Of a stretch of 64,000 nt of DNA, positions 51,262 to 60,337 are shown one piece after another; positions within the stretch are counted from its first letter, which is position 1; every line of letters begins with the position of its first letter. This DNA is from an uncultured bacterium (GTDB lineage Bacteria > Krumholzibacteriota > Krumholzibacteriia > JACNKJ01), in NCBI GenBank assembly GCA_963695095.1, contig CAVOFT010000001.1, positions 2,496,001 through 2,560,000 on the forward strand, in the 5' to 3' direction. The position numbers were made by a program, and so were the translations under genes. The notes under the pieces are model-generated. The model was not told where the DNA came from. It was given only the letters and a program-made list of their open reading frames with translations, and did no database searches.

Positions 51262-51909
51262 ATGGCCATGAGACTCCTGGGCAAGAAGCTCGGCATGACG
51301 CAGATCTTCGAGGAGGGTGGGCAGCTCACCCCCGTCACCGTCATCGAGCTGGGCCCCAACTACGTCGTGCAGAAGAAGGAAGAGCCCACCGACGGCTACT
51401 GCGCCCTGCAGCTCGGCTTCGATCCCGTGCGCGCCAAGCGCCTGACGAAGCCGCGTCTGGGCCACCTCGCCAAGGCGGGGCTCGAGGGCCTGCGCTTCCT
51501 GCGCGAGAGCCGCGTGCCCCGCGCCGAGGCCGAACCCTACAAGCCGGGCGACGCGATCACGGTGGAGTACTTCGCCGTCGGCGACAGCGTGGACGTCACC
51601 GGCCGCAGCAAGGGCCGCGGCATGGCGGGCGTCGTCAAGCGCCACGGCATGCACGGGCCCCTCAGCCTGACCCACGGCGCCCACGAAGCCATGCGCCATG
51701 GCGGCTCGATCGGCTCCAGCGCCACGCCGGCGCGCGTCTTCAAGGGCAAGCACATGCCGGGCCGCATGGGCAACGACCAGCGCACCCTGCAGAACCTGCG
51801 CGTGGTGGCGATCCGGCCGGAGGAGAACCTGCTGTTGGTCAAGGGCGCCGTCCCGGGGGCCAACGGCCGGCTGGTCACCGTCGCCAAGAGCGTCAAGCGC
51901 AAGGGCTAG
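51262..51909 (+). CDS. rplC: 50S ribosomal protein L3 (stand-alone copy)
   Basis: LLGKKLGMTQIF, PVTVIE, DGY.ALQLGF, VDVTGRSKGRG.AGVVKRH, GSIG, RVFKGK.MPGRMG, LLLVKGAVPG; AGGAGG RBS. Confidence 0.96.
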   Translation: MAMRLLGKKLGMTQIFEEGGQLTPVTVIELGPNYVVQKKEEPTDGYCALQLGFDPVRAKRLTKPRLGHLAKAGLEGLRFLRESRVPRAEAEPYKPGDAITVEYFAVGDSVDVTGRSKGRGMAGVVKRHGMHGPLSLTHGAHEAMRHGGSIGSSATPARVFKGKHMPGRMGNDQRTLQNLRVVAIRPEENLLLVKGAVPGANGRLVTVAKSVKRKG

Positions 51910-51950
51910 TGGCGCGCAGGCAAGGATCACCACGGGACTCGACAGCACCG

Positions 51951-51977
51951 GCGGCCGCCTCCCACGGGGGCGGCCGC
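51951..51977. terminator. Hairpin between convergent rplC and FGE-domain genes
   Basis: GCGGCCGCCTCC-CAC-GGGGGCGGCCGC inverted repeat. Confidence 0.5.
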
Positions 51978-51988
51978 GGCGCATTCGC

Positions 51989-53269
51989 TCAGGGCTCGCC
52001 GCGCAGGGGCCTGAAGCCGATGGCGAAGCTGCCCGCCGCGGGCGATGCGCTGCGCCGGGTTCCCGACTGGCAGTGCTGGGCGCTATCGAAGAAGACGCCG
52101 CCCCTGCGCAGGCGGTCCAGCCCCGTGGCGGGGCCGGGCGGATCCTGGGCCGGGCTGGTCTCGTAGTAGTCGCTCGCGTACCAGTCCCCGCACCACTCGG
52201 CCAGATTGCCGTGCATGTCGGCGAGCCCCCAGGCGTTCGCCTGCTTCTGCGCCACCGGGTGGCTGTTCCCGCCGGCATTGGCGCAGTACCAGCCCATCGC
52301 CGCCAGCACGGGGTCGGGCGGGGAGCAGGTCGGCTGGGTGATCATCCCGCCGGCGAAGGAAGTCTGCGTGCCCGCGCGGCAGGCGTACTCCCACTCGGCC
52401 TCCGTGGGCAGGCGGTAGCCGGCGGCGGCGTAGGGCTCGCCGTCCCCGCAGCTCCAATCGGCGTGGTCGTAGGCCCGCGGCAGGTGCTCCCGCAGGCTCA
52501 GCCAGTCGCAGTAGGCGGCCGCGCCGTACCAGCTCACGGCGCGCACGGGGTAGCTGGGCTTGGCGGTCGCCAGCTCGAGGCCGTTGTCCGCGATCTCGCA
52601 GTAGGGGGAGTCCATGTCCAGCAGCTCGACGGTGGAGCCGTCGAGGGCATCGCGCAGGGCGCTCGCGCCGAGGGTGGCATGGCCATGGGCGATGGCCCAC
52701 TGCATCATCTCCAGGTACTGGGCGTTGGTGACCTCGGTGCTCTGGATGCGGAAGCCGCGGCTCAGCGTGACCTCGTGGCGGGGATACTCGGCGCTGATCG
52801 TGCCCGGCGCGCCGTCGAGGGAGCCCATCATGAAGCTGCCCGCCGGCACCGCGATGAAGGTGCCGGGCGGAGGAACGTGGGCCGCCACGGAGAGCTCCAG
52901 GGTATCCCGATCCTCGCCGGCGAGGCTGTCCACGACCCGCAGCACCACCCGGTGCTGGCCGGCGGCGAAGCGATGCTCGACGAGCGGCTCGCCGAGCAGG
53001 CTCGAATCGGCCGCGCCATCGCCCTGCCAGTCCCACTCGAAGCGCAACTCGGCCAGCTCGTCCTCGGCGTCCGCGCTGCAGGCGGCGTCGAGGACGAAGA
53101 GGGTCTCGCTGTCGCCCTGCGCCGGATCGACCGCGAAGCAGGCCTGGGGCGCGTCGTTCGCCGGCTCGGCAGGATCATCCGCGCAGGCGGCCAGCAGAGT
53201 GCCGAGCAGCAGGGCGACGGCGCGCCGCGCCGGCATCCGCCCGAATCCGCCACCCGCCGAGCGGTGCAT
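51989..53269 (-). CDS. Lipoprotein with PKD-like domain and FGE-sulfatase (SUMF1) domain
   Basis: Lipobox LLAAC; DAACSAD..FEWDW..VVLRVVD PKD-like; FMMGS, PRHEVTL, TEVTNAQY, YRLPTEAEWEYACRAG, NAWGLADMHGNLAEW, GFR; start may be 53236. Confidence 0.88.
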   Translation of the reverse strand: MHRSAGGGFGRMPARRAVALLLGTLLAACADDPAEPANDAPQACFAVDPAQGDSETLFVLDAACSADAEDELAELRFEWDWQGDGAADSSLLGEPLVEHRFAAGQHRVVLRVVDSLAGEDRDTLELSVAAHVPPPGTFIAVPAGSFMMGSLDGAPGTISAEYPRHEVTLSRGFRIQSTEVTNAQYLEMMQWAIAHGHATLGASALRDALDGSTVELLDMDSPYCEIADNGLELATAKPSYPVRAVSWYGAAAYCDWLSLREHLPRAYDHADWSCGDGEPYAAAGYRLPTEAEWEYACRAGTQTSFAGGMITQPTCSPPDPVLAAMGWYCANAGGNSHPVAQKQANAWGLADMHGNLAEWCGDWYASDYYETSPAQDPPGPATGLDRLRRGGVFFDSAQHCQSGTRRSASPAAGSFAIGFRPLRGEP

Positions 53270-53270
53270 G

Positions 53271-54428
53271 CTAGCCGCGGTCCTTCAGCGGCACGTAGGC
53301 CGAACCCAGCGACCGGCCCGTCCAGATCAGGCGCGGCCGGTAGATGCGGTTGTTTTCCACTTGCTCGAAGTGGTGCCCCACCCAGCCGACGACGCGGGCG
53401 ATGGCGAAGACCGCGGTGAACATGTCCTTGGGCAGACCGAGGGACTTGTAGACGACGCCCGAGAAGAAGTCGACGTTGGGCCAGATCTGCGTCTTGCCCA
53501 GCTCGTCGAGCTTGGTCCGCGTCACCTCCATGAAGCGGACGGCCTTGATCAGGTCGTGATCGTCGTGCCGGTCGCGGGCGAGATCCTCGGCCATCTTGCG
53601 CAGGATGGTCGCCCGCGGGTCCAGCGTCTTGTAGACGCGGTGGCCGAAACCCATGATCTTCTTGCCCTGGGTGATCATGTCCGTCACGTAGGGCTCGATG
53701 TCCTCCAGATTCTCGATGCTCTCGAGCATCTCGATGACGCGTTCGTTGGCGCCGCCGTGCAGAGGGCCCGAGAGCGAGCCGATGGCTGCGACCACCGCGG
53801 TGTAGATGTCCGCCTCGGTGGAGCTGACGACCCGGCAGGTGAAGGTGGAGTTGTTGCAGCCGTGATCCATGTGAAGGAGGAGGGCGACGTCGAAGATGCG
53901 CTCCTCTTCGGGCGTCGGCACCTTGCCGGTCAGCATGTAGAGCATGTTGGCGGCGTGGGAGAGGTCGTCGCGGCGCACCACCGTGCGCTCGCGTCCGCGC
54001 AAGTTGTCGAAGTAGGTGACGACCAGGGGCATCTTGGCGATGATGCGCATCGCCTTGCGGCGCTTGGCCTCGATCGACTTGTCCGCCAGCTCGGGGTCGT
54101 GCATGGCCAGCTGGGCGACCAGGGCCTGCAGGACGGCCATCGGGTGCCCGTGGCGGGGCGTCAACACGATGATGGCCTTCAGGTGCGGGTCGAGATAGCG
54201 CTCGCGGATCAGGTCATCCTTGAACTTCGCGAGCTGCTTGCGCGTGGGCAACTCGTTATGGAGCAGCAGATAGGCCACGTGCTCGAAGTTGCAGTGGGCT
54301 GCCAGATCCTCGATCGTGTAGCCGCGGTAATAGAGCTTTCCGCCCACGCCATCGACCGAGCTCATGCCGCTCTCGTTGATGTAGACACCCTCGAGTCCGG
54401 GGAAGTAGTTCTGCATCGCTTCGGCCAT
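53271..54428 (-). CDS. Citrate synthase family protein (citrate or 2-methylcitrate synthase)
   Basis: PGLEGV, LYYRGY, DHGCNNST, GPLHGGANE, MGFGHRVYK..DPR, PNVDFFSG. Confidence 0.93.
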   Translation of the reverse strand: MAEAMQNYFPGLEGVYINESGMSSVDGVGGKLYYRGYTIEDLAAHCNFEHVAYLLLHNELPTRKQLAKFKDDLIRERYLDPHLKAIIVLTPRHGHPMAVLQALVAQLAMHDPELADKSIEAKRRKAMRIIAKMPLVVTYFDNLRGRERTVVRRDDLSHAANMLYMLTGKVPTPEEERIFDVALLLHMDHGCNNSTFTCRVVSSTEADIYTAVVAAIGSLSGPLHGGANERVIEMLESIENLEDIEPYVTDMITQGKKIMGFGHRVYKTLDPRATILRKMAEDLARDRHDDHDLIKAVRFMEVTRTKLDELGKTQIWPNVDFFSGVVYKSLGLPKDMFTAVFAIARVVGWVGHHFEQVENNRIYRPRLIWTGRSLGSAYVPLKDRG

Positions 54429-54466
54429 GCTCGGCTCCTTGGCGCCTGGGTAAACGGTGCTCGAGC

Positions 54467-54495
54467 ACCATAGCAGGCCCGCGGCTCCGGTTCAA
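54467..54495 (-). promoter_or_regulatory. Putative sigma-70 promoter for citrate synthase
   Basis: TTGAAC, 17 nt, TATGGT with TGn extension. Confidence 0.45.
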
Positions 54496-54601
54496 CTCAG
54501 TGAACAGCGCTAACTGACTATCGGCCCGGCGCCACTTGGTGCCGGGCGCTCCATGCGCTAGACTTTGAGCCTGCTACCCTCAGTCCCAGGAGGACCCGAC
54601 C

Positions 54602-56293
54602 ATGCTCCGCCCCCTGTCCCGACTCGCCGCGGCGGCGCTCCTCGCCGCCCTCGCCCTGCCGGCGGCCGCCGAACTGGCCACTGCCGCCCGCTGCCTGACA
54701 CCCACCCTGCCCAGGCCAGGAGCGCCCGCAGAGCTGACGCGCGCCCGCCTCGAGGCCGAGGGCCGCTGGGTCGCCAGCGGGGACCCCGACCGCAGCCCCC
54801 CCGCCGACCCCCAGGTGGGCGACACCTGGCTCTGGTACATCTGGGACCTGGGCGGCTTTCCCACGGCCACGCTCAAGCCCTGCACGGTGCGCGGCATGGG
54901 CGACAACTGCTATGTCGTGGTCGATGACGACGAGTGGGGAGTCGGCATGGACCAGGCCGACGTGGACCGCATCGTCGAGAATTTCGAGAACAGCAGCCCG
55001 GGCAACTGGCCCGATCAGGGCATCTGGGATCTGAACACCGGGCACTTCGGCAGCCCGCCCAACCCCTTGGACGGCCTGGACCGCGTGTTCCTGCTCTACT
55101 ATCGCTTCGACATCTCGGCGGACGGCTACTTCTGGGTCTTCGACCAGTACCCCGACGGCACCCAGTCCTTCGCCAGCAACGAGGCCGACGTGGTCTACCT
55201 GGCCGTGGACAACGGCGACCCCGGCGGCGACTACATGCTGGCCGTGGCCGCCCACGAGTTCGAGCACCTCATCCACTATGCCCGCGACACGAACGAGGAG
55301 TCCTGGCTGGACGAGGGCTTCGGCGAGCTGGCGATGTGGCTCTTCGGCCATCCCGACACGATCTCGAGCTTCAACGCGAATCCGGACAACAACCTCATCG
55401 ATTTCGCCGGCAACTGGGCCGACTACATCCAGACCTACCTGTGGAGCCTCTACGTCTACGAGCAGTTCGGCGGCCAGCCCTTCATCTGGGACGTCGCGCA
55501 CAGCGCGCTCAACGGCATGGCCTCCTACAACGCGGTGCTGGCCGCCCACGGCGCCGGCATCGCCACCGACACCGTGTTCCGCAACTGGGCCGTGGCCAAC
55601 TTCCTGGACGATCCCGCCGTGCCGAACGGCGAGTTCGGCTATCTCGGCGAGACCCTGCCCGCCTTCATCCCCTGGCGGACGATTGCCGGCTACCCGGCGG
55701 GAGGCACTGGCGGCCTCCAGGCCTGGGCCGCCGAGTACATGCGCTGCACGGGGGTGGACGGCGTCCTGCACCTGGACTTCAACGGCCAGGATGTCCGCAA
55801 CTTCCGCGTGGCCCTGCTCGGGCTGGACGCCACCCTGCCCACCCTGGTCGAGTTCCTCACCTTGGACGCCCTCCAGGACGGCAGTGTCGACTTCACCGAC
55901 GCCCAGGGCTATGACGAGGTGATCGTCGCCGTGGCCAACGTCGCGAGCGCGAGCGCCAGCTACACCTACAACTTGAGCGTTCTGGCCACGCCCGCCGGCG
56001 AGAGTGCGCCGGCGGCGACCGCCCTGGCCGGCGCCCAGCCCAATCCCTTCAATCCGGCCACGCGCATCCACTTCACGAGCGCGGGCGAGGAGCGGCTGCG
56101 CCTGGAGGTCTTCGCCGCCAGCGGCCGCAGCCTGCGCCTGCTCGCCGACGAGGTCTTCCCGGCCGGGGCCCATGTTCGCGACTGGGACGGCCGTGACGAG
56201 GCCGGTCGCGCCCTGCCGGCCGGCATCTACCTCGCACGCCTGTCCGGCGATACCGGGCAGCTGGGTGCCGCCAAGCTGGTCCTGCTGAAATGA
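54602..56293 (+). CDS. Secreted zinc metallopeptidase (M30/immune-inhibitor-like) with C-terminal FlgD-Ig/T9SS-like domain
   Basis: Signal peptide; AHEFEHLIH plus WLDEG third ligand; tail PNPFNPATRI..WDGRDEAGRALPAGIYLARL..KLVLLK. Confidence 0.85.
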   Translation: MLRPLSRLAAAALLAALALPAAAELATAARCLTPTLPRPGAPAELTRARLEAEGRWVASGDPDRSPPADPQVGDTWLWYIWDLGGFPTATLKPCTVRGMGDNCYVVVDDDEWGVGMDQADVDRIVENFENSSPGNWPDQGIWDLNTGHFGSPPNPLDGLDRVFLLYYRFDISADGYFWVFDQYPDGTQSFASNEADVVYLAVDNGDPGGDYMLAVAAHEFEHLIHYARDTNEESWLDEGFGELAMWLFGHPDTISSFNANPDNNLIDFAGNWADYIQTYLWSLYVYEQFGGQPFIWDVAHSALNGMASYNAVLAAHGAGIATDTVFRNWAVANFLDDPAVPNGEFGYLGETLPAFIPWRTIAGYPAGGTGGLQAWAAEYMRCTGVDGVLHLDFNGQDVRNFRVALLGLDATLPTLVEFLTLDALQDGSVDFTDAQGYDEVIVAVANVASASASYTYNLSVLATPAGESAPAATALAGAQPNPFNPATRIHFTSAGEERLRLEVFAASGRSLRLLADEVFPAGAHVRDWDGRDEAGRALPAGIYLARLSGDTGQLGAAKLVLLK

Positions 56294-56372
56294 GCGGCGG
56301 CGCTCGCGTCCCTCCCTCTCGTGCCCCTTGTTTCGGGCGCGAAGGGAGGGGCGCAGGTGCCGACTGCCTGCC

Positions 56373-59300
56373 TCAGGGTTCGATGGGAAAGCCGGCCGCA
56401 TCCAGCAACTCGGCGAGCGTCCTGGGGTCTTCTGGGTCGGGGCCCTCGCCGGGCGCGCTGCCATCCGGGTCCTCGAAGGCGACGACCTCGTCCAGAGCAA
56501 TGACGCCCCACTCGTCGGCCGACAGGTCGGCGGCGACCAGGTAGACCCAGGTCCCGCGCAAGCTCTCCGCGTCCCAGACCCGGGGTGAGAGGACATGGCT
56601 GTCCTCGCCGGTCGCCCGGAAGAGCACGAGCTCGTTGTCTGCCCGGACGAGGGCGACGAACTCGCTGTCCAGCGCGTCACCGCCCCCCACCTTGAGCCGC
56701 AGCCGGTTGTGACGCAGGCGGAAGGGCGCGCTGCGGATCCAGCCGACGCGGCTGCAGTCCTCGTAGTGCGTGCCGGGCTCGCCCGTGTCGGGCCGGGGGT
56801 GGCGCTCGTAGGTCGCCAGGTAGCTGTTGCCGGTCATGCCGCTGGAGTAGCCGCGCTCGAGGTCGAACAGCGGATTGTCGCCCCAGGTCGGCTGGTGCTC
56901 GAAGGCGTGGCCGAGGGGCGCGCCCATCAGCTCCCAGACGAGCGCCGGGGCGAGGCGGTCCGCGTCGGTGCCCTGAATGCCGGCGACGCCGCCCGCCGGG
57001 ATCAGGCAGGGCCGGCCGTCCCCCGTTGCCTCGAAGTCGAGGCCGGCGAAGCGCAGCAGGTAGCGGTTCTCCGAGGCATCCTGGAAATGCTGGCTGAAGA
57101 CCCAGCGGCCCTCGAGCGGGTTCAGCTCGGCGGCGGTGTAGCCGAGGGAGCCCAGGTAGTCGCCGGCGTTCGCAGCGCCGGACCAGCCCTGCGGCCCCCC
57201 CCAGGGATCCGCCGCCATCTGGTGCCAGGTGCCGTTCGCCTGCGAGTAGAAGAGGTGCCAGCGGCGCTGGCCGTCGGCATGCAGGACCGGCACCAGCTGT
57301 GGCGACTCGGGCTGCTCGAGCGTCTCGCGCAGCAGTAGCGGCGCCTCGGCGTCGAGGCCCAGGAAGGCGAAGCTGTCTGGCGCCGCCTCGGCCAGGAGGA
57401 TCAGTCCGCTGCGGTCCGGCGCCTTGCCCGTGGCCAGGAGCCGCCAGATGCCCCCTTCCTGGAAGACGAAGGGATCGCGGCAGGGCGCGGCCCAGTCCGG
57501 CGCGCCCTCGTCGTCCGTCCAGGAGGCCCAGGCGGCCGTGGGATGGTAGAAGGGATTGAGCTGCTCGTGGGCGGCGTCGGCGCGCCACCAGGAATGGAGA
57601 TCATCGCTGAAGGCGAGACCGATCTGCTGCGGCCTGCCTTCGCCCTGGACGCCGGTGTAGAGCATGAGCCAGGCCGGGCCGGGGAGCGGGTTCGCGATCA
57701 CCTGCGGCGCCCAGATGCTCCAGGCCTCCCAGGGCTCGCCCTCGGCGACGGGAAGGATGTCCGGCTCGCGAGTCCAGCGGCGCAGATCGGGGCTGCTGAT
57801 GTGCCCGAGCTGCGCGGCCTCGCCGCCCGCACGCTTGTAAGTGTGGAAGCAGTGGTAGCGGCCCTCGGCGAAGACGAGACAGTGGTCGGCGAGCTGCTCG
57901 CCCGGCTCGCTGGCGAAGTAGGGCTGATCGAAGTCGAAGCGCAGGCCCTCGCCCATGGGCGGCGACCAGACCTCGAAGGTCCACAGGGGGCCCCACTGCT
58001 CCAGGCCGCCCACGTCGCGTGCGAGCACCTGCCAGCTCAGCACGCTGTCGGGAACGAGTCCTTCGAGCAGGTAGCTGGGCTGGGCGAGATCGGCCGCGAC
58101 GAGCGCGCCGCCCACGTAGAGATCGTAGCTGAGCGCGCCGCCGTCCGGGTCGCTGGCCGTCCAGGCCAGCTGGGCCTCCGTGGCGATCAGGATGGCCCCC
58201 GCTGCCGGCGAGGGCGCGCTCGGCGGGCGGGGAAAGGAGTTCGCGGCGCTGCGCGCCACGCGCAGCCCCGTCGTCGGCGAGGCTTGGCTCGGCAGCAGGG
58301 ACCCGCGGGCGGTGGCCTTGAGCGCGGCGACGCCGCTCACGAAGTCGCCGCCCCGCACGATCCGCGTGAAGCCCGTGGTCGGCCCCTTGGGATTCGTGAA
58401 CTGCCCGCCGCCCAGCGAACCCCACCAGTCGTTGCAGAACTCGCCGACATTGCCGGCGAGGTCCGCAAGCCCGAGCAGGCTCGCTCCGGCGGCCAGGGCG
58501 CCGCCGGGCGTGCTCCAGCCCAGGCAGGCCGTGGCGCCCGGCTGGCCGTTGCAGCGCTCGCAGTCCGGCGGGGCATTGCCCCAGGGATAGAGGCGGCCAT
58601 CGGCGAGACGGGCCGCGTATTCCCACTCGGCTTCGGTGGGCAGCCGATAGCCCGCGGCGGTATAGGGATCGCCGCCGCCGCAGATCCAGCTGCTGGTGGA
58701 GTAGGCGAGGGGGAGCCCCGCGCGCTGGCTCAACCAGTTGCAGATGATGGCCGCGGCTCGCCAGCTCAGGTTCTTGACCGGATGCGGCCCAGGATCGTAG
58801 CCCGCGGGGTAGGCGGCGGCCGCGGCGGGCGCCTGGCGAAGGCTGTAGTTGCCCGTCGGCGCGCTGTAGCTGAGCTCGGAGATCGCCGAGCCGAGATCGA
58901 GGATGAGGATGCCGCTGGGCTCGGCGACGACCAGGTTGCCGTGCATCGACAGCAGGCCCGCGCCCTTCGCCCACGCGAGCAGATCCAGCATCTCGGCGTT
59001 GCTGAACTCCTCGCGATCCAGCCAGAAATCGCGCGTGAGCGTCACCAGGCGCGTGCCGGTCTCGCCCATCAGGAAGCTGCCGCCAGGCAGGCGCTGCGCG
59101 TCGCGCGCAGCGGCCTCGTCGCTGGCCAGCACGCGCAGCCTGAGGGCGGCGAGTTCGACGCCCGGCAGATCGAGGCCCGCGTTCCATACTGCGTGGCGCC
59201 CCGCCAGGGCCGGGACGCCCGCACCCACGTCGCCGCTGAGGCGGTAGCAGGGCGCGAGCCAGCTCAGGCCGCCGTCCGCGCTGGCCTCCACGCTCACGAA

Positions 59301-59510
59301 GAGCGTGCCGCCGTCGGCGTCGTCGAGATCGAAGTGGATGTCCACGAGGCCGCTGCCGTCCGCGCGCTGGCTGAAGCCGAGACCGCCGACGCTGGGCTCG
59401 GCGGCGCGCAAGAGCGCCGGCAGCAGGGCTGCGGCCAGCGCCAGCCCCAGCGCCTGCGAGACCGGCGCCCAGAGCCGGCGGCCGGTGGCGCGCTGCGGTG
59501 AGCGGCTCAT
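56373..59510 (-). CDS. Secreted multidomain protein: FGE-sulfatase domain + Fn3-like module + five-bladed beta-propeller glycoside hydrolase (GH32/43-like)
   Basis: YRLPTEAEWEYAA, DLAGNVGEF; WTASDPDG..LSYDLY; ADH..GRYHCF, GHISSPDL..W, WAPQV, MLYTG, RDPFV, PESPQ. Confidence 0.75.
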   Translation of the reverse strand: MSRSPQRATGRRLWAPVSQALGLALAAALLPALLRAAEPSVGGLGFSQRADGSGLVDIHFDLDDADGGTLFVSVEASADGGLSWLAPCYRLSGDVGAGVPALAGRHAVWNAGLDLPGVELAALRLRVLASDEAAARDAQRLPGGSFLMGETGTRLVTLTRDFWLDREEFSNAEMLDLLAWAKGAGLLSMHGNLVVAEPSGILILDLGSAISELSYSAPTGNYSLRQAPAAAAAYPAGYDPGPHPVKNLSWRAAAIICNWLSQRAGLPLAYSTSSWICGGGDPYTAAGYRLPTEAEWEYAARLADGRLYPWGNAPPDCERCNGQPGATACLGWSTPGGALAAGASLLGLADLAGNVGEFCNDWWGSLGGGQFTNPKGPTTGFTRIVRGGDFVSGVAALKATARGSLLPSQASPTTGLRVARSAANSFPRPPSAPSPAAGAILIATEAQLAWTASDPDGGALSYDLYVGGALVAADLAQPSYLLEGLVPDSVLSWQVLARDVGGLEQWGPLWTFEVWSPPMGEGLRFDFDQPYFASEPGEQLADHCLVFAEGRYHCFHTYKRAGGEAAQLGHISSPDLRRWTREPDILPVAEGEPWEAWSIWAPQVIANPLPGPAWLMLYTGVQGEGRPQQIGLAFSDDLHSWWRADAAHEQLNPFYHPTAAWASWTDDEGAPDWAAPCRDPFVFQEGGIWRLLATGKAPDRSGLILLAEAAPDSFAFLGLDAEAPLLLRETLEQPESPQLVPVLHADGQRRWHLFYSQANGTWHQMAADPWGGPQGWSGAANAGDYLGSLGYTAAELNPLEGRWVFSQHFQDASENRYLLRFAGLDFEATGDGRPCLIPAGGVAGIQGTDADRLAPALVWELMGAPLGHAFEHQPTWGDNPLFDLERGYSSGMTGNSYLATYERHPRPDTGEPGTHYEDCSRVGWIRSAPFRLRHNRLRLKVGGGDALDSEFVALVRADNELVLFRATGEDSHVLSPRVWDAESLRGTWVYLVAADLSADEWGVIALDEVVAFEDPDGSAPGEGPDPEDPRTLAELLDAAGFPIEP

Positions 59511-60253
59511 TTGAGGAGCACCAGCTTGCGTGCGAGCTGCGTCCCGCCGGCGCTCAGCCGCGCGAAGTAGATGCCGCTGGCCAGGCCCCGCGGCTGCCAG
59601 TCGAGTTCCAGCCAGCCGGGCTCCCGGTGGCCGTCCCAGAGTCGCGCCACCTCGCGCCCGCGCACGTCGTGGATGCTCAGGCGCACCCGGCCCGCTTGCG
59701 GCAGGCCGAAACGCAGGCGCGTCGAGGGATTGAAGGGATTGGGCCAGTTGGGCGCGAGGGTGAGCAGCGCGGGCGGCAGCGCATCTGCCGGGCTATCCGG
59801 AGTGGCGATGCGATGGGCTTCGCTGGCGATCTGACCCAGGTTGCCGTAGGCGTCGGCCAGGGCGAGCGTCCAGCGGCAGTCGAAGCTGGGCGTTTCGGGC
59901 ACCAACCAGGCGTAGGCGAAGCTCGGCGGCTCGCCGAGGCCGGCGGCGAGGGAGAGCGAATCCTCGTGCACGGCGAGGCCGTCCACGCGGATCGTGAGCG
60001 CCAGCGGCCGCGCCGTGTCGGGCAGGGCCGGCAGGTTGGCCTCCGTCACGGACCAGCCGATCTCGACGAGCTCGCCGCCCAGCAGGATCGCCCCCGGCTC
60101 TGGCGCCAGCAGCGTGAAACGCGGAGCCAGGGTGTCCAGGGTGCCGGCGGCGCTCAGCCCCAAGGCCGTCCCCGCGCGCGCGCCGAGGGCCGGCAGCGCG
60201 AGCAGGGCGAGGGTCGGCAGCAGCGCCGAGCGCAGCGAAGGGCAGAGGGGCAT
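59507..60253 (-). CDS. Secreted protein with Ig-like domain and T9SS-like C-terminal domain
   Basis: Signal peptide; NWPNPFNPSTRLRFGL..IHDVRGREV..LASGIYFARL..RKLVLLK; ATGA overlap with the downstream gene. Confidence 0.8.
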   Translation of the reverse strand: MPLCPSLRSALLPTLALLALPALGARAGTALGLSAAGTLDTLAPRFTLLAPEPGAILLGGELVEIGWSVTEANLPALPDTARPLALTIRVDGLAVHEDSLSLAAGLGEPPSFAYAWLVPETPSFDCRWTLALADAYGNLGQIASEAHRIATPDSPADALPPALLTLAPNWPNPFNPSTRLRFGLPQAGRVRLSIHDVRGREVARLWDGHREPGWLELDWQPRGLASGIYFARLSAGGTQLARKLVLLK

Positions 60254-60337
60254 GGTGGCTCCGGGCAGGGCCGGCGCGGGCCGGCCGTCAATCCATCGAG
60301 TATACGGCATTGGGGCCGCCCAGAGAAGCGGGGCCGC

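Noticed and set aside
51989..59510. Two FGE-sulfatase-domain genes as possible diversity-generating retroelement targets
   Set aside because: No reverse transcriptase and no near-identical template/variable repeat pair differing at adenines seen in the window; similarity is ordinary paralogy around YRLPTEAEWEYA
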